From Tetramitus jugosus (lineage: Eukaryota; Protista; Heterolobosea), in assembly GCA_937625935.1 (NCBI GenBank), contig OW569368.1:186001-250000 (forward strand): a stretch of 64,000 nt of DNA, in the 5' to 3' direction. A program made the translations under genes and the position numbers. A model generated the notes under the pieces. That model worked only from the letters and a program-made list of their open reading frames with translations, did no database searches and had not been told where the DNA came from. Every line of letters starts with the position of its first letter. Within the stretch, counting starts at the first letter, position 1. Shown here piece after piece: positions 33,375 through 43,123 of the stretch.

Positions 33375-34161
33375 TGAATTGTTATTTTTTGCCAAGAAAA
33401 CTTGTGTGAAATGTTTGAGCGATCTTTATGACGGAGATGGGAAGAGCTCTACACACAAGACTTGGTAGCTTTTCAGACATTGAGACAGTAATTGTTGTGC
33501 TCTCGGATGACATCACTCGTTGATGTCTCGGAAGTCAAGACTTGGGAGACATTCGAGAGTTCCCCAAATGCAAGGAATCGGACGGCTTTTCTTCTACTTG
33601 TGTCTAAGCGCTTCCCCTCTGGTTTCTAATTGATAAATTATGTTTTGGAATGGCCGTTCGACAACCAAGAATAAAAGAACTAAGTCAGAAACGAACAACC
33701 AACTCACAACAAGTAACCTCCTATTGATTAGTCCATTGCCCATTGTTCATTCTCAAAAAAGATAGCTTGAGAAGAAAAACGCTCCAGCAGGCCCAAACTT
33801 TAGAAAAATTCTAAGACTGGGGATTCCCTCTCTGGACCCCTGAACACAGATTCATTTTTTTTGGCTGTTCCTTTAAAATCGTTCTATTCTGAATACCCAT
33901 CGTAGTGGGACGTTAGACAAAAACTACAGGACCATCTTTGTCGCAGGCAGCGAATCACAAGATATCTTCCGGCAGCGATGTTGTGAAAATTGTTGAACAA
34001 TACATAATGCGCAGCATCTCTGCCCGCTTGAAGTTCCCCTTCAAGAGTTTGTTGAAGATCTAAAAGCACGGGAAATTCATCACACACCATGCAGCATTGA
34101 ATCATTTTCCGCTGCTCCAAATCTCGAAAGTCCTTTTTTTTGCCCACCGAAAAACACCACA

Positions 34162-35976
34162 ATGACAGCAAATATGCCAAAAATGTCGCCACAAGGACCA
34201 ACGTCATCGAATGTGAGCCACAATCCCGGTGAAAATCCAACAACGCCCACAACGACAACAACAACAACCACCACCACTACCATTCCATCTTCAAGTCATG
34301 TCGAAGAAGACAACAATAGTAGTACTGAGGTCTTTACAACGGAATGGCTCCAAGAACCATTGCAGGCTTTCCACTCACCTTCGGTTCTCACAAGTTCTGG
34401 TTGTTCCTCTTCCTCCTCTTCCTCGTCGTTGCCACACCAACATCAACACCACCACATGATGAACAGTAGCACCTCCATGCAGTCCTATCTCCATCCATCG
34501 TATCAACAACCGCAAGCCTTCCTCTCCTCACAAAACGGTCATTATTATTATTCTCCTCAGCAGATGCATCACAACAACAACAATGGTTCCCTTTATTATA
34601 ACAACAACCATAGTCATACTCCTGCTACTACTACCAATAATAATATTAATGATTATCCGTATGTGGATCATCATCTCCACCATAACAGCAACAACATGAT
34701 TTCTCAACATCATCTCCACCAGAATCATCATCGATCAGCACTGGACTATTCACCACTGTTGATGGCCAACTCGGCAGCTGCCAATCCAGCCATGGTACAA
34801 CAACAACAACAGTACCATCAAATGATGATGAATGATGCTTCGTCCTATTTGCAACACAAGGTACCTGTGCACTCTCAAGTAACACCAGTTGCACCACCAG
34901 TTGTGCAACAAGAACCACCACAGGAACAAACATATCGTATCCAACAACCGGAATTCAAGTTTTGCAAGAAGAGAAATGAGTTTTATTCCAATCAATATGA
35001 ATCCATATGGTATAAATCCCCTTACAAATACCATATGAGATTGAGAGTGATGACTACTTTGCCCATTTTGACTGATAATATGGCAGTCAAGTTGCACTTG
35101 TTGCATGAAGATGACACTGAAGTCGTCGTGTCTGACTCAACAGAAACCATTACCTTTAGCAGTGAAGATTCACCAAGCAGTGATAAGCCAGCCAGTGGTA
35201 AGCGCAAGGGAAGAAAGAGAAAGAACTCGACGGGCAAGGAGTCAACAACTGCCAAAAGAACAAAAAAGGAGAAGCAGTTGCCACCAACGTCACCAGCACA
35301 ACCACCAGTGGTCGATTCTGTGATACAGAAAACTGAAACTTGTCAGCACGATATCATTGTTGGACCATTCCAATTCAATGTTTGTTCTTACAAGTACAGT
35401 GGACGCAAGTTCAAGCTTGTTATTACCCTATCCAACATTATTGATGGCGTCGATGTGTGCAACCTCACCTCACCTCCATTTTTAATCAAGGCCAAGAAAC
35501 CAATTGTCAAGCCAGGTATCAAGTCCAAGAAGGCTTCAGCTAAAACCACAGAAGACTCATCCGATGATGCCACCAGCCCAACAACTCCTTCAACTCCTGC
35601 AACACCAGCATTCACTGAATCTATGGCTCGTCCTGCTGTTGCTGCACAATCTTGTTCAAAATCTGAAACGACTAACGATCAAGTCAAGCCCACAACACAA
35701 TTGAAAGCTCAAGAAGATTCATCACCCGTGTTCGACTTCAATCCTGGTGACTGCAGTGAATCACTTGATGATATTGTGCTTGGAATGAGCAGCTCAGCTG
35801 CAAACAAGAACACAAAAGTCGAGTCATCATCATCATCATCGCAATCAATTGACTACCATTCATTTGGCTTGTCAGAACTGAACGACGATGAAATTGAGCT
35901 GCATGACACATATCTGGATGAATTGCTCAACTCTGATCTATTTATGAGTGGAACGGACCAGTTCTCCTCTGCTTAA
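34162..35976 (+). CDS. Putative CudA/STAT-like beta-sandwich transcription factor
   Basis: Gln/His-rich N-terminus; basic NLS 'KRKGRKRK'; core 'GPFQFNVCSYKYSGRKFKLVI...TSPPFLIKAKKP' resembles the CudA-family core; acidic C-terminal tail. Confidence 0.55.
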   Translation: MTANMPKMSPQGPTSSNVSHNPGENPTTPTTTTTTTTTTTIPSSSHVEEDNNSSTEVFTTEWLQEPLQAFHSPSVLTSSGCSSSSSSSSLPHQHQHHHMMNSSTSMQSYLHPSYQQPQAFLSSQNGHYYYSPQQMHHNNNNGSLYYNNNHSHTPATTTNNNINDYPYVDHHLHHNSNNMISQHHLHQNHHRSALDYSPLLMANSAAANPAMVQQQQQYHQMMMNDASSYLQHKVPVHSQVTPVAPPVVQQEPPQEQTYRIQQPEFKFCKKRNEFYSNQYESIWYKSPYKYHMRLRVMTTLPILTDNMAVKLHLLHEDDTEVVVSDSTETITFSSEDSPSSDKPASGKRKGRKRKNSTGKESTTAKRTKKEKQLPPTSPAQPPVVDSVIQKTETCQHDIIVGPFQFNVCSYKYSGRKFKLVITLSNIIDGVDVCNLTSPPFLIKAKKPIVKPGIKSKKASAKTTEDSSDDATSPTTPSTPATPAFTESMARPAVAAQSCSKSETTNDQVKPTTQLKAQEDSSPVFDFNPGDCSESLDDIVLGMSSSAANKNTKVESSSSSSQSIDYHSFGLSELNDDEIELHDTYLDELLNSDLFMSGTDQFSSA

Positions 35977-36163
35977 ACCCAACTAACATACAATTCTCCC
36001 GTTTATTTTGGCAGTCCTGATGTGCTAGGAGTGTACAGGAACTGCCCACATTACTATTATACCTACCGACAATACAATCATTTTTGTTCCATCAAATTCT
36101 CGATCTTTTCAGTTTCGCGCCTTTTTATTCAACCAAAAACCACCAACACAAAAAGCCAAAGTG

Positions 36164-38116
36164 ATGAACCGAAACTTTCATACACCACCATGGATACTAT
36201 CCTCGTTACGCAAGCACATTGAACAAGAGAATGAACAACAACAAGAAGAACATGATGATAATGATGATTTCACTCAACAAACCGTTGATCAACAAATAGC
36301 TCTATGGGTCAGAATGGACAGTGACCTCGTCTATATAGCACCACCACCACCTCCAACAACCACTGCAAATGCTGCTGAAAGCAATGACTCCTCCTCATCA
36401 CCATCACTCGATGACACTTCACGTGAAATTACCATATCGGATGATTTGCACTACATTACATGCAAAATTCGCAACAGTGCCATTGAGAGCTTATTGAACG
36501 AGAGACCAGAACTCAATAACGTTTTTGAAAAACTCAGAGGCACATACTTGAAGCTACTGAACTATCATTTTCACAAGAGAGTTGTGATTGATCAATCATC
36601 GAGTACTACTACTACTACTGCTATTACTGCCAAGAATACGAAGAAGAAGAAGAAGCAGAAGCAGCAGAAAAATAAGAATATTGTCGTTGAAAATGATAAG
36701 AATGCCGAAGTAGAGTATGAACTAGTGGTGGATCGTTTAGGATTTGTATCATTTGAAAAATTTGCTCCTGATAAGCGACGATTAAAGGATGCTAACGACG
36801 TTATTAAGCCTCTGATAAAGTCATTAAGGTCCAGTAGTAAAATTACCGAAACAGAAGAAGAAGAAGAAAATGGAAGAGTACACTTGGGAAATGCTGCCAT
36901 GTTGAGTGATCATCAGCATGCTGTTGCTGTGTCGAATAAGTCACCACAACAACAAAAACAACAAGAACCACAGAAAAATCAGGACGCGGCAGCGAACATC
37001 ACTGTACAACAACCATCCAAAGTCACTGTGGCTGAAGAAGACTTGTCAAACAGTGAATCCATACTCTTCTATCCTCAAACAAAGGAAGATGAAAACAATG
37101 TTCGCATCAGTGTGAAGGAATTGGAGACTTTGCGACGGTTATGTATCGATGGATTCGACACTGGAGATGTCGGTTTCTTACAGAGTCGAACTGAACCTTC
37201 TCAGCCACACGAATCAGAGCAAGCACACTCATCTGCATCCAGTGTATTCAGTGAGAATCGATCTAGTGCATCCACTGCAGAGGATAACGACTCCTCAAAA
37301 TCACAGGACTCTTGCTTTGGTTTAAGAAATGTGATACATGAGGTGGGTGATGTAATCATACAAAGCATACAATCAACCAACGAGGATTCAGCAAGTTCGC
37401 CGTCGAGGATCGTTAGCATTTCTTCAATTGAAACACCAGTTGCAAGCAATCGAAACGAGAGGAACAAAGAAGTCAACATGACTGAAATAGGGAGTCACCC
37501 GGAACCATCAGAGATCATTCAGTCACAAACTGATTTTATGGAAGAAATGGTGGATATGCAACAAAGTATGGAGGGAGAGACCAGCAGTCAACCATTTGAT
37601 GACGGTATTGCTCTCGCCCAGCAGATTCCAAGTTTTCCAAGTATGAGTCCTGCCTCTCCACCGTTAATCAGTAGCGGTGAAGAGAACCGGAGTAGAATAG
37701 ATGAGGATGAAAATGCAATGCAAGACGACGAGGATGAGAATGAAAACGATGAAGATGTTCTTATGACTTCGGATGATGATGGACCTACCAATGCAACAAC
37801 AATGCGTTTTCGGGATCAATTATGCACCCAGATGCAATCCCAACCGAGCAATATCGATGAAAATGAATATTTGAGAATGTTGATTGACAGCGAAACATTA
37901 GAGACTGGTACTGTACAAACTATTAGCAGCGACCAAAACACCTGTCCAGCTTTGTCACCTGACGGAAGACCATCCAATGTCCGCTCGTCCTCTCCACACA
38001 ACAATCAGCAACATGATGAATCTAGCTCTAACTCATCCTCCAAGCAATTACCTCCAAGGTGTTCAATAGACCTGGAAGCTTGGAACAACATTATTCTAAT
38101 GTGGAAAACAAGGTGA
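36164..38116 (+). CDS. TPP1/Est3-like OB-fold telomere protein
   Basis: N-terminal 'PPWILSSL', 'ITISDDLHYITCKIRNSAIE...LRGTYLKL', 'EYELVVDRLGFV' parallel human TPP1 'RPWIRELI / LVSDGTHSVRCLV / EFYLQVDRFSLL'. A long acidic disordered region follows. Confidence 0.65.
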   Translation: MNRNFHTPPWILSSLRKHIEQENEQQQEEHDDNDDFTQQTVDQQIALWVRMDSDLVYIAPPPPPTTTANAAESNDSSSSPSLDDTSREITISDDLHYITCKIRNSAIESLLNERPELNNVFEKLRGTYLKLLNYHFHKRVVIDQSSSTTTTTAITAKNTKKKKKQKQQKNKNIVVENDKNAEVEYELVVDRLGFVSFEKFAPDKRRLKDANDVIKPLIKSLRSSSKITETEEEEENGRVHLGNAAMLSDHQHAVAVSNKSPQQQKQQEPQKNQDAAANITVQQPSKVTVAEEDLSNSESILFYPQTKEDENNVRISVKELETLRRLCIDGFDTGDVGFLQSRTEPSQPHESEQAHSSASSVFSENRSSASTAEDNDSSKSQDSCFGLRNVIHEVGDVIIQSIQSTNEDSASSPSRIVSISSIETPVASNRNERNKEVNMTEIGSHPEPSEIIQSQTDFMEEMVDMQQSMEGETSSQPFDDGIALAQQIPSFPSMSPASPPLISSGEENRSRIDEDENAMQDDEDENENDEDVLMTSDDDGPTNATTMRFRDQLCTQMQSQPSNIDENEYLRMLIDSETLETGTVQTISSDQNTCPALSPDGRPSNVRSSSPHNNQQHDESSSNSSSKQLPPRCSIDLEAWNNIILMWKTR

Positions 38117-38146
38117 GAGAATAATACACGTAAACAAAACTTTATA

Positions 38147-38902
38147 TCAGATCGTGTGTGCTTTGGAACCCACAATACTATCACTGTCATTAACAAGAGC
38201 AGAAATTGACATCTTCCGTAAACAATTTTGTCTCCGTCTTTCAATCTCTTCTGACGTCAACTCCCACGAACCGCTATCAAAGAGTTGTTTGTTGTTGAAA
38301 GGTATTTGGATCGGTTCTGATTGTGGAGCGCTTGAAGTTTGAATGCCGAAATTCGTCAAATTTTCGTCCCTGTCATTTGCAGGGGTGCTCATTAGAGGAA
38401 CCAAAGGGACATTCTGTGACGTGGCTGCTCGCTTCGTGTGAAGTGGAAAGGGGAAAGATTTGGGCGACTCAACTGTTTCGCTCGAATACTTGTCTGGGCA
38501 GTAGGGTGGGAAGTATTGCTGTGTTTGGGTAAAAGTGTTGTTCGTTGTTGTAGCTGCTCCTAGTTCACACAATTCACGAGGTGATTGATAGTGGTGTTGT
38601 TGTTCTTGGTGGTGATATGGATGAAATTGTGGGAATGATTGCTGGTATGGCGACCTTGGAGAAGTAGGTAGGCTTGTGGAATTGTGGTGGTATGTGTCTT
38701 GAACATGGAAATTATGAAAGTAAAGGTGTTGATTCATGGATGGAGAAGGTGGAGGTGATCTTTGAGGTGGCTCTCCTCCATGTGAAGTTGTGGCATAATT
38801 AGATGAGGATGACGACGAGGGATTGCTGGTATTGATTGCATTCTTAGCTCTGCGACCACTGCCACCTGGGCCTCTGTTAAACCATTGGAATGAGTTTTCC
38901 AT
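38147..38902 (-). CDS. Disordered protein with C-terminal 'MSISALVN' short linear motif
   Basis: 251-aa ATG-initiated ORF, Pro/Gln/His-rich, ending 'RKMSISALVN'. Confidence 0.6.
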   Translation of the reverse strand: MENSFQWFNRGPGGSGRRAKNAINTSNPSSSSSSNYATTSHGGEPPQRSPPPSPSMNQHLYFHNFHVQDTYHHNSTSLPTSPRSPYQQSFPQFHPYHHQEQQHHYQSPRELCELGAATTTNNTFTQTQQYFPPYCPDKYSSETVESPKSFPFPLHTKRAATSQNVPLVPLMSTPANDRDENLTNFGIQTSSAPQSEPIQIPFNNKQLFDSGSWELTSEEIERRRQNCLRKMSISALVNDSDSIVGSKAHTI

Positions 38903-39273
38903 TGCAGTTGATTGTTCTCTGTTTCTGTGCGTGTTGAATGAACCAATAATCAGATCGTACGTTCTTTTGGTAAACAGAGTGCTGCTATCTCGTGTTGTTT
39001 TGAGCTTTACCCAACCACGATTGTCACAAATTGGCGCTACGCTCGCACACAGGGAAAACCTGCGGCTGTGTTTTTGATTGACATAATTTAAGGGGTGGGC
39101 CCATCGCCTCCTTCCAAAGACATTTGGTTAATCAATGCCTGATTTGTATATCCCGAAAATTTTTTGAAGCAGCTTCTTGGAATCTTCATTTTCAAAGCAA
39201 GGTATTCTGCGTTCTTTAGGCAGTTTTTTTGGAGTGACACCAAACGCATGTGGACCATACCGAGAGAGTTCCT

Positions 39274-40668
39274 CTAAAGATGTTGACGTCGGATGACTTT
39301 CTGGACTACAGTCTTTGTGAGGGTTTGATATCCAAGGTTGTTGAAGGCTTGAATCTCACAAATCTTTCGTTTGTGCAGCATAAACTGCAATTGTTTCTTG
39401 TACACACCATTCCGATACTTGTTCACATATTCATATTGTAACAACCTGTGTATGACCTGCTCATCCTTGTCATGCAGTTCGCTAGTCACAAGATTGTACT
39501 CTGAAATATCTTCCGAATGCACTCCCAACCATTTCATTTCATTCACAGTGTATTGATAGGTTGCAGGATTGAGTTCACTAGGGGTACCCACTGTGTATGT
39601 GAGGAAGATGTGAAACCCGTACGGGTTATAGTCCACCAAGCAATACACAGGAATGTTGAGTTTTTTCCAAAGTGTGTACACCATGTATCTTGTAGCTACA
39701 TCAGGGAAGCCACATGCAGTGATGACAATACAAGGAAGTGTTTTACATAGACCATCTTCGATCAATCGTCTGTAAACACCATCCTTTTCAACAACGAGAA
39801 TAAACCTTGCATCTGAACAAACCTTAATTTCATCCATCGAATGGGTCACCAAAGAACCAGGAATGTTCATACCAGGTGAACTCAACGACAAAACATCAAT
39901 GACAGATGCCTTGAGTTGAATCTTCACCGGACCATACAAGTAACCTTTTGCAGAAGCGACCACACCAACACATTCTCGAGGACAATTCAGCATCAAACAA
40001 GTTTCAACAATTCTGAGGTTACATTGATCCTGATCTGGCCAAGAATCCATCGTCATGTAATACAATTCCCTCTGTGTCACCGTTTTCTTCTCCTGAAGAA
40101 GCTGATACATCTTTGACATTAGTTGCCATATTTGAAAGTACGATTTGCACGTGTTAGTATTCTCTAATGATCTGTAGCTGACATTTTCTATCCAATCATG
40201 GTTTCTCGAGAGTTTCTTGTAATCAAGCTCCTCGTTCAACTGGTGGATTAGAGCTTGTTTCTCTGTTGAGAGGAAATGAGTAGTACTCATCTTTCTGTAT
40301 TTTAACAAACGAACACTGTGGAAGTCTAACTGAACTGAGCGACCAGTTCTATCAGCCAAGAGAGAACTTTTGTTTGGATCTTGGAGGCCAACACCTTTCC
40401 CCTCATCCAGCTCTTCTTCTTCTCTTTTTTCCCTGAGAGATTGATTCACTTGAGAATCAGTGAGTGGAATGAGAAAAAAATGTCGCTGCAGTTTTGGTGC
40501 CATTTTGGACCTTGTTGTTGTATTGTTGTTGAGCTCAGAGCTTTTCTCCTCGTTGCAAATAATTCTGAGCATGTTCAAGACATGACACTCGATAAGTCTT
40601 GAAATCTCAGTGGGATTGGTTGTATTGGAGTGAAGACAAAATTGATCAAGCACGAATTGTTTATTCAT
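39274..40668 (-). CDS. SPO11: Meiotic Spo11/TopoVIA transesterase (SPO11-2-like)
   Basis: Catalytic 'TQRELYY'; 'VVASAKG'; TOPRIM 'ILVVEKDGVY', 'ITACGFPDVATR', 'LVDYNPYG'; C-terminal 'CEIQAF'. Probable start 'MNKQF' at 40668. Confidence 0.92.
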   Translation of the reverse strand: MNKQFVLDQFCLHSNTTNPTEISRLIECHVLNMLRIICNEEKSSELNNNTTTRSKMAPKLQRHFFLIPLTDSQVNQSLREKREEEELDEGKGVGLQDPNKSSLLADRTGRSVQLDFHSVRLLKYRKMSTTHFLSTEKQALIHQLNEELDYKKLSRNHDWIENVSYRSLENTNTCKSYFQIWQLMSKMYQLLQEKKTVTQRELYYMTMDSWPDQDQCNLRIVETCLMLNCPRECVGVVASAKGYLYGPVKIQLKASVIDVLSLSSPGMNIPGSLVTHSMDEIKVCSDARFILVVEKDGVYRRLIEDGLCKTLPCIVITACGFPDVATRYMVYTLWKKLNIPVYCLVDYNPYGFHIFLTYTVGTPSELNPATYQYTVNEMKWLGVHSEDISEYNLVTSELHDKDEQVIHRLLQYEYVNKYRNGVYKKQLQFMLHKRKICEIQAFNNLGYQTLTKTVVQKVIRRQHL

Positions 40669-40847
40669 GTTGCATGAAATGGTGAGAGTTGTAGATGGAC
40701 AGGTGGTGCAGGGAATTGTTGTATGTTGGCGATGACGGCAAGATTTTGGAGCCAAAAGGAAATATTGCGTCGGCTATTTTGGGATACCAAAGGAGGAAAC
40801 CGGCCTGAAAGCTGAGTCTGGGTTGGGCGACATTGGGGCAAGAATGC

Positions 40848-41375
40848 TCACGTTTCGTGAATCACCAAATCAGAGACTTGAGTAATGGGGCGCTGTCGTG
40901 CTTGCGATTGCAGAAAGCGTCGCTCGATGTTTCTCAATTCCTCTTCACCTGTTAAGGCAATGAACATGCGTGTGTACAGTGTCGTGGTTAAGTTGTTGTT
41001 TGAATCGATTGGAGAAGAAGGTGTTGAGTTAGAGACACGCTCCTGCCTAGTTGGGGAAAAGTGTTGGTGTTCTTTTTGTCGCGTCTGTTGGTGCTGAGGA
41101 GCCTCCTGAGCAGTAGATAAGCACCAATGACTCATCACTCCCTGATTTCCAATATTGACTTGTTGCATGTGGTTGTTGTTATGACTTGGACTTTCTTGTG
41201 ACCTTTGACTCAATGTCTTGTAGTGCGTGGGTTTTGAATAAACTTGAAAAGTCCACTCTTGGTGATTACTTTTAGGCTTCACTTTTCCGTGCTGTGGGAA
41301 ACTGAAAAATTGTCGAGATAAATGAGTACCCTGAGGGCTTGTAGAGTGACCTTCTTCTGCTTGCTTGCGGGACAT
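40848..41375 (-). CDS. Small disordered protein, unknown function
   Basis: ORF from 'MSRKQ', Gln/His/Ser-rich, ending 'RPITQVSDLVI', similar in style to 38147-38902. Confidence 0.45.
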   Translation of the reverse strand: MSRKQAEEGHSTSPQGTHLSRQFFSFPQHGKVKPKSNHQEWTFQVYSKPTHYKTLSQRSQESPSHNNNHMQQVNIGNQGVMSHWCLSTAQEAPQHQQTRQKEHQHFSPTRQERVSNSTPSSPIDSNNNLTTTLYTRMFIALTGEEELRNIERRFLQSQARQRPITQVSDLVIHET

Positions 41376-41455
41376 ATGTATGCTCTTTCGTTTGTGATAA
41401 TCTGAAAAGTGGGATATTGGCAGGTCATGCACGGCCTCGAATAGTCGAAGGATCC

Positions 41456-42742
41456 TTAATCGGGAGAGACGGAGCTTTCTGGGGAGTGTGCGATTGATTG
41501 ATAGTCGCGAGCAGGTTGGAAAATATCGAGTATTTGATGCTGGAGGAGGGGCTGAAGAACTACTCTTTGGCCAAACACAGCACTCTCGCCATCAATCAGT
41601 GAATCCCTTGGTAACATAAAGCCTCTGGAAACATGAGATTCGCCTTTCTGTCTTTGAACAGCGTTGGCATATAGTGATGCAATATTGAAAACATCAGGTT
41701 TGCATGCCCCTGTAAGGCGAGGAGCTTCAAAAACTTTCCCCAAATGTTTGATCGGAGAGATTCCAGGAATCATTTTCTGACAGTTCTCCGATCGTCCTTT
41801 CCGAAATTTCACCTTGGAACTCCGTAAGAATAAGATTGCAGCAATGAACGAGAGAACTGATAGACCACCACTCAGCAAGTGACGTGCAGAAATAGAGGAC
41901 AATAGGACCAAATACAGATCGAATGAGACAAAACTGACTGGTAGATACCACAAATGTCTCCAAAGATTCAAAAAAGCGTGGATGTACATGTGAGCCATGA
42001 TGTCGGAGGATATTAATCCCTGTGCAACACAAGAGTAACAACGCGACCAACCACTCTCCTCCAAGAAAACAGCTGAATACCGATGAACAAGCAATTTGTT
42101 CTTCGCATCAACAAACTTGTCAATCGCAAGCTCAAATCGACCACAACAATACTCAATCGTCGCGTCTACAACGCCCCCCAAGCACTCACAAAGTATGATG
42201 TGCATCTTGTTCGATGATTCATTGCCGTTATTGTTCTTGCTGTAGTTGCACCAATTACGCAACAAAACACGAGCTGTCTCAAAATCTTTGTTCACTTCGA
42301 TGCACGAACAAATCTCAAGATAGGAATCAATGAATTGTTGCTCTTCTTCTTCTTCGTTCACTTGACTTGACGTCAAGCAAGAAACAAGTGAAGATAATTG
42401 CCAACTCAAGTGCACAACAGGAGAGTTAAATTCCTCTTCATGAAGCTCAAACTTTTGTAAAGTTGAACGAGTGCGCAATGTGCAATTTGAGCTCGGTCTC
42501 ATTGATTTTGGCTTGGTTTCACCACGATCATGAGAGCTGCGATGAGATTTTGCTACGGCATTGCCGGATCTCAGAGTTGATGAGCTTTGCTTCACGTGAC
42601 TTGATGTGCTTGTCGCATTGTGAGTTGCTTGTGGTTTGGTGATTGTTCCGAGTCTTTCGTTTGTTTTTTGTGTAAGGAGATTGATGAGCACTTCATGATT
42701 CATATCAAACAGATTGCCACCTGCAACGGAGCGTCGTTCCAT
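41456..42742 (-). CDS. Hypothetical protein (helical, no recognised domain)
   Basis: 428-aa ATG-initiated ORF; no family recognised. Confidence 0.55.
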   Translation of the reverse strand: MERRSVAGGNLFDMNHEVLINLLTQKTNERLGTITKPQATHNATSTSSHVKQSSSTLRSGNAVAKSHRSSHDRGETKPKSMRPSSNCTLRTRSTLQKFELHEEEFNSPVVHLSWQLSSLVSCLTSSQVNEEEEEQQFIDSYLEICSCIEVNKDFETARVLLRNWCNYSKNNNGNESSNKMHIILCECLGGVVDATIEYCCGRFELAIDKFVDAKNKLLVHRYSAVFLEESGWSRCYSCVAQGLISSDIMAHMYIHAFLNLWRHLWYLPVSFVSFDLYLVLLSSISARHLLSGGLSVLSFIAAILFLRSSKVKFRKGRSENCQKMIPGISPIKHLGKVFEAPRLTGACKPDVFNIASLYANAVQRQKGESHVSRGFMLPRDSLIDGESAVFGQRVVLQPLLQHQILDIFQPARDYQSIAHSPESSVSPD

Positions 42743-43123
42743 AATTGCTCTGTGTGAAAACTGAGGGAAATCCGAATACGTGGTGATTTGTTGAACTGGA
42801 ATTGTCCAAGGTGTGTAATCGGCCGGACGCTCGGGAGTTTGGTTGAAATAAGAGAGGGCTTTTTAGCAATAGAAAAAAAAAGGATTAGTTATTCCGAACA
42901 ACAAACGCACAAACTGAACGCAACAGTCTTTGACGAACAAAGCGCGTTGTTTTTTTTTGTATCGATTGAAAATCTGTTGAAGAACAACACTGGGCTCAAA
43001 CGATACTCACACTAGTCGTAGACTGCTGGAACTTTTTTCAGAGTAGTTCTCCACCATCCATCCACCCCACCGCCACCACCAACAAACAATTGAATCCAAC
43101 TCACAACAACAACAACCACAAAT

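Noticed and set aside
33504-33540. Hammerhead ribozyme
   Set aside because: CGGAUGA instead of CUGAUGA, and no GAAA directly after stem II.
39082-39113. U1 snRNA 3' end (CAUAAUUU + hairpin)
   Set aside because: No ACUUACC 5' end or U1 stem-loops upstream.
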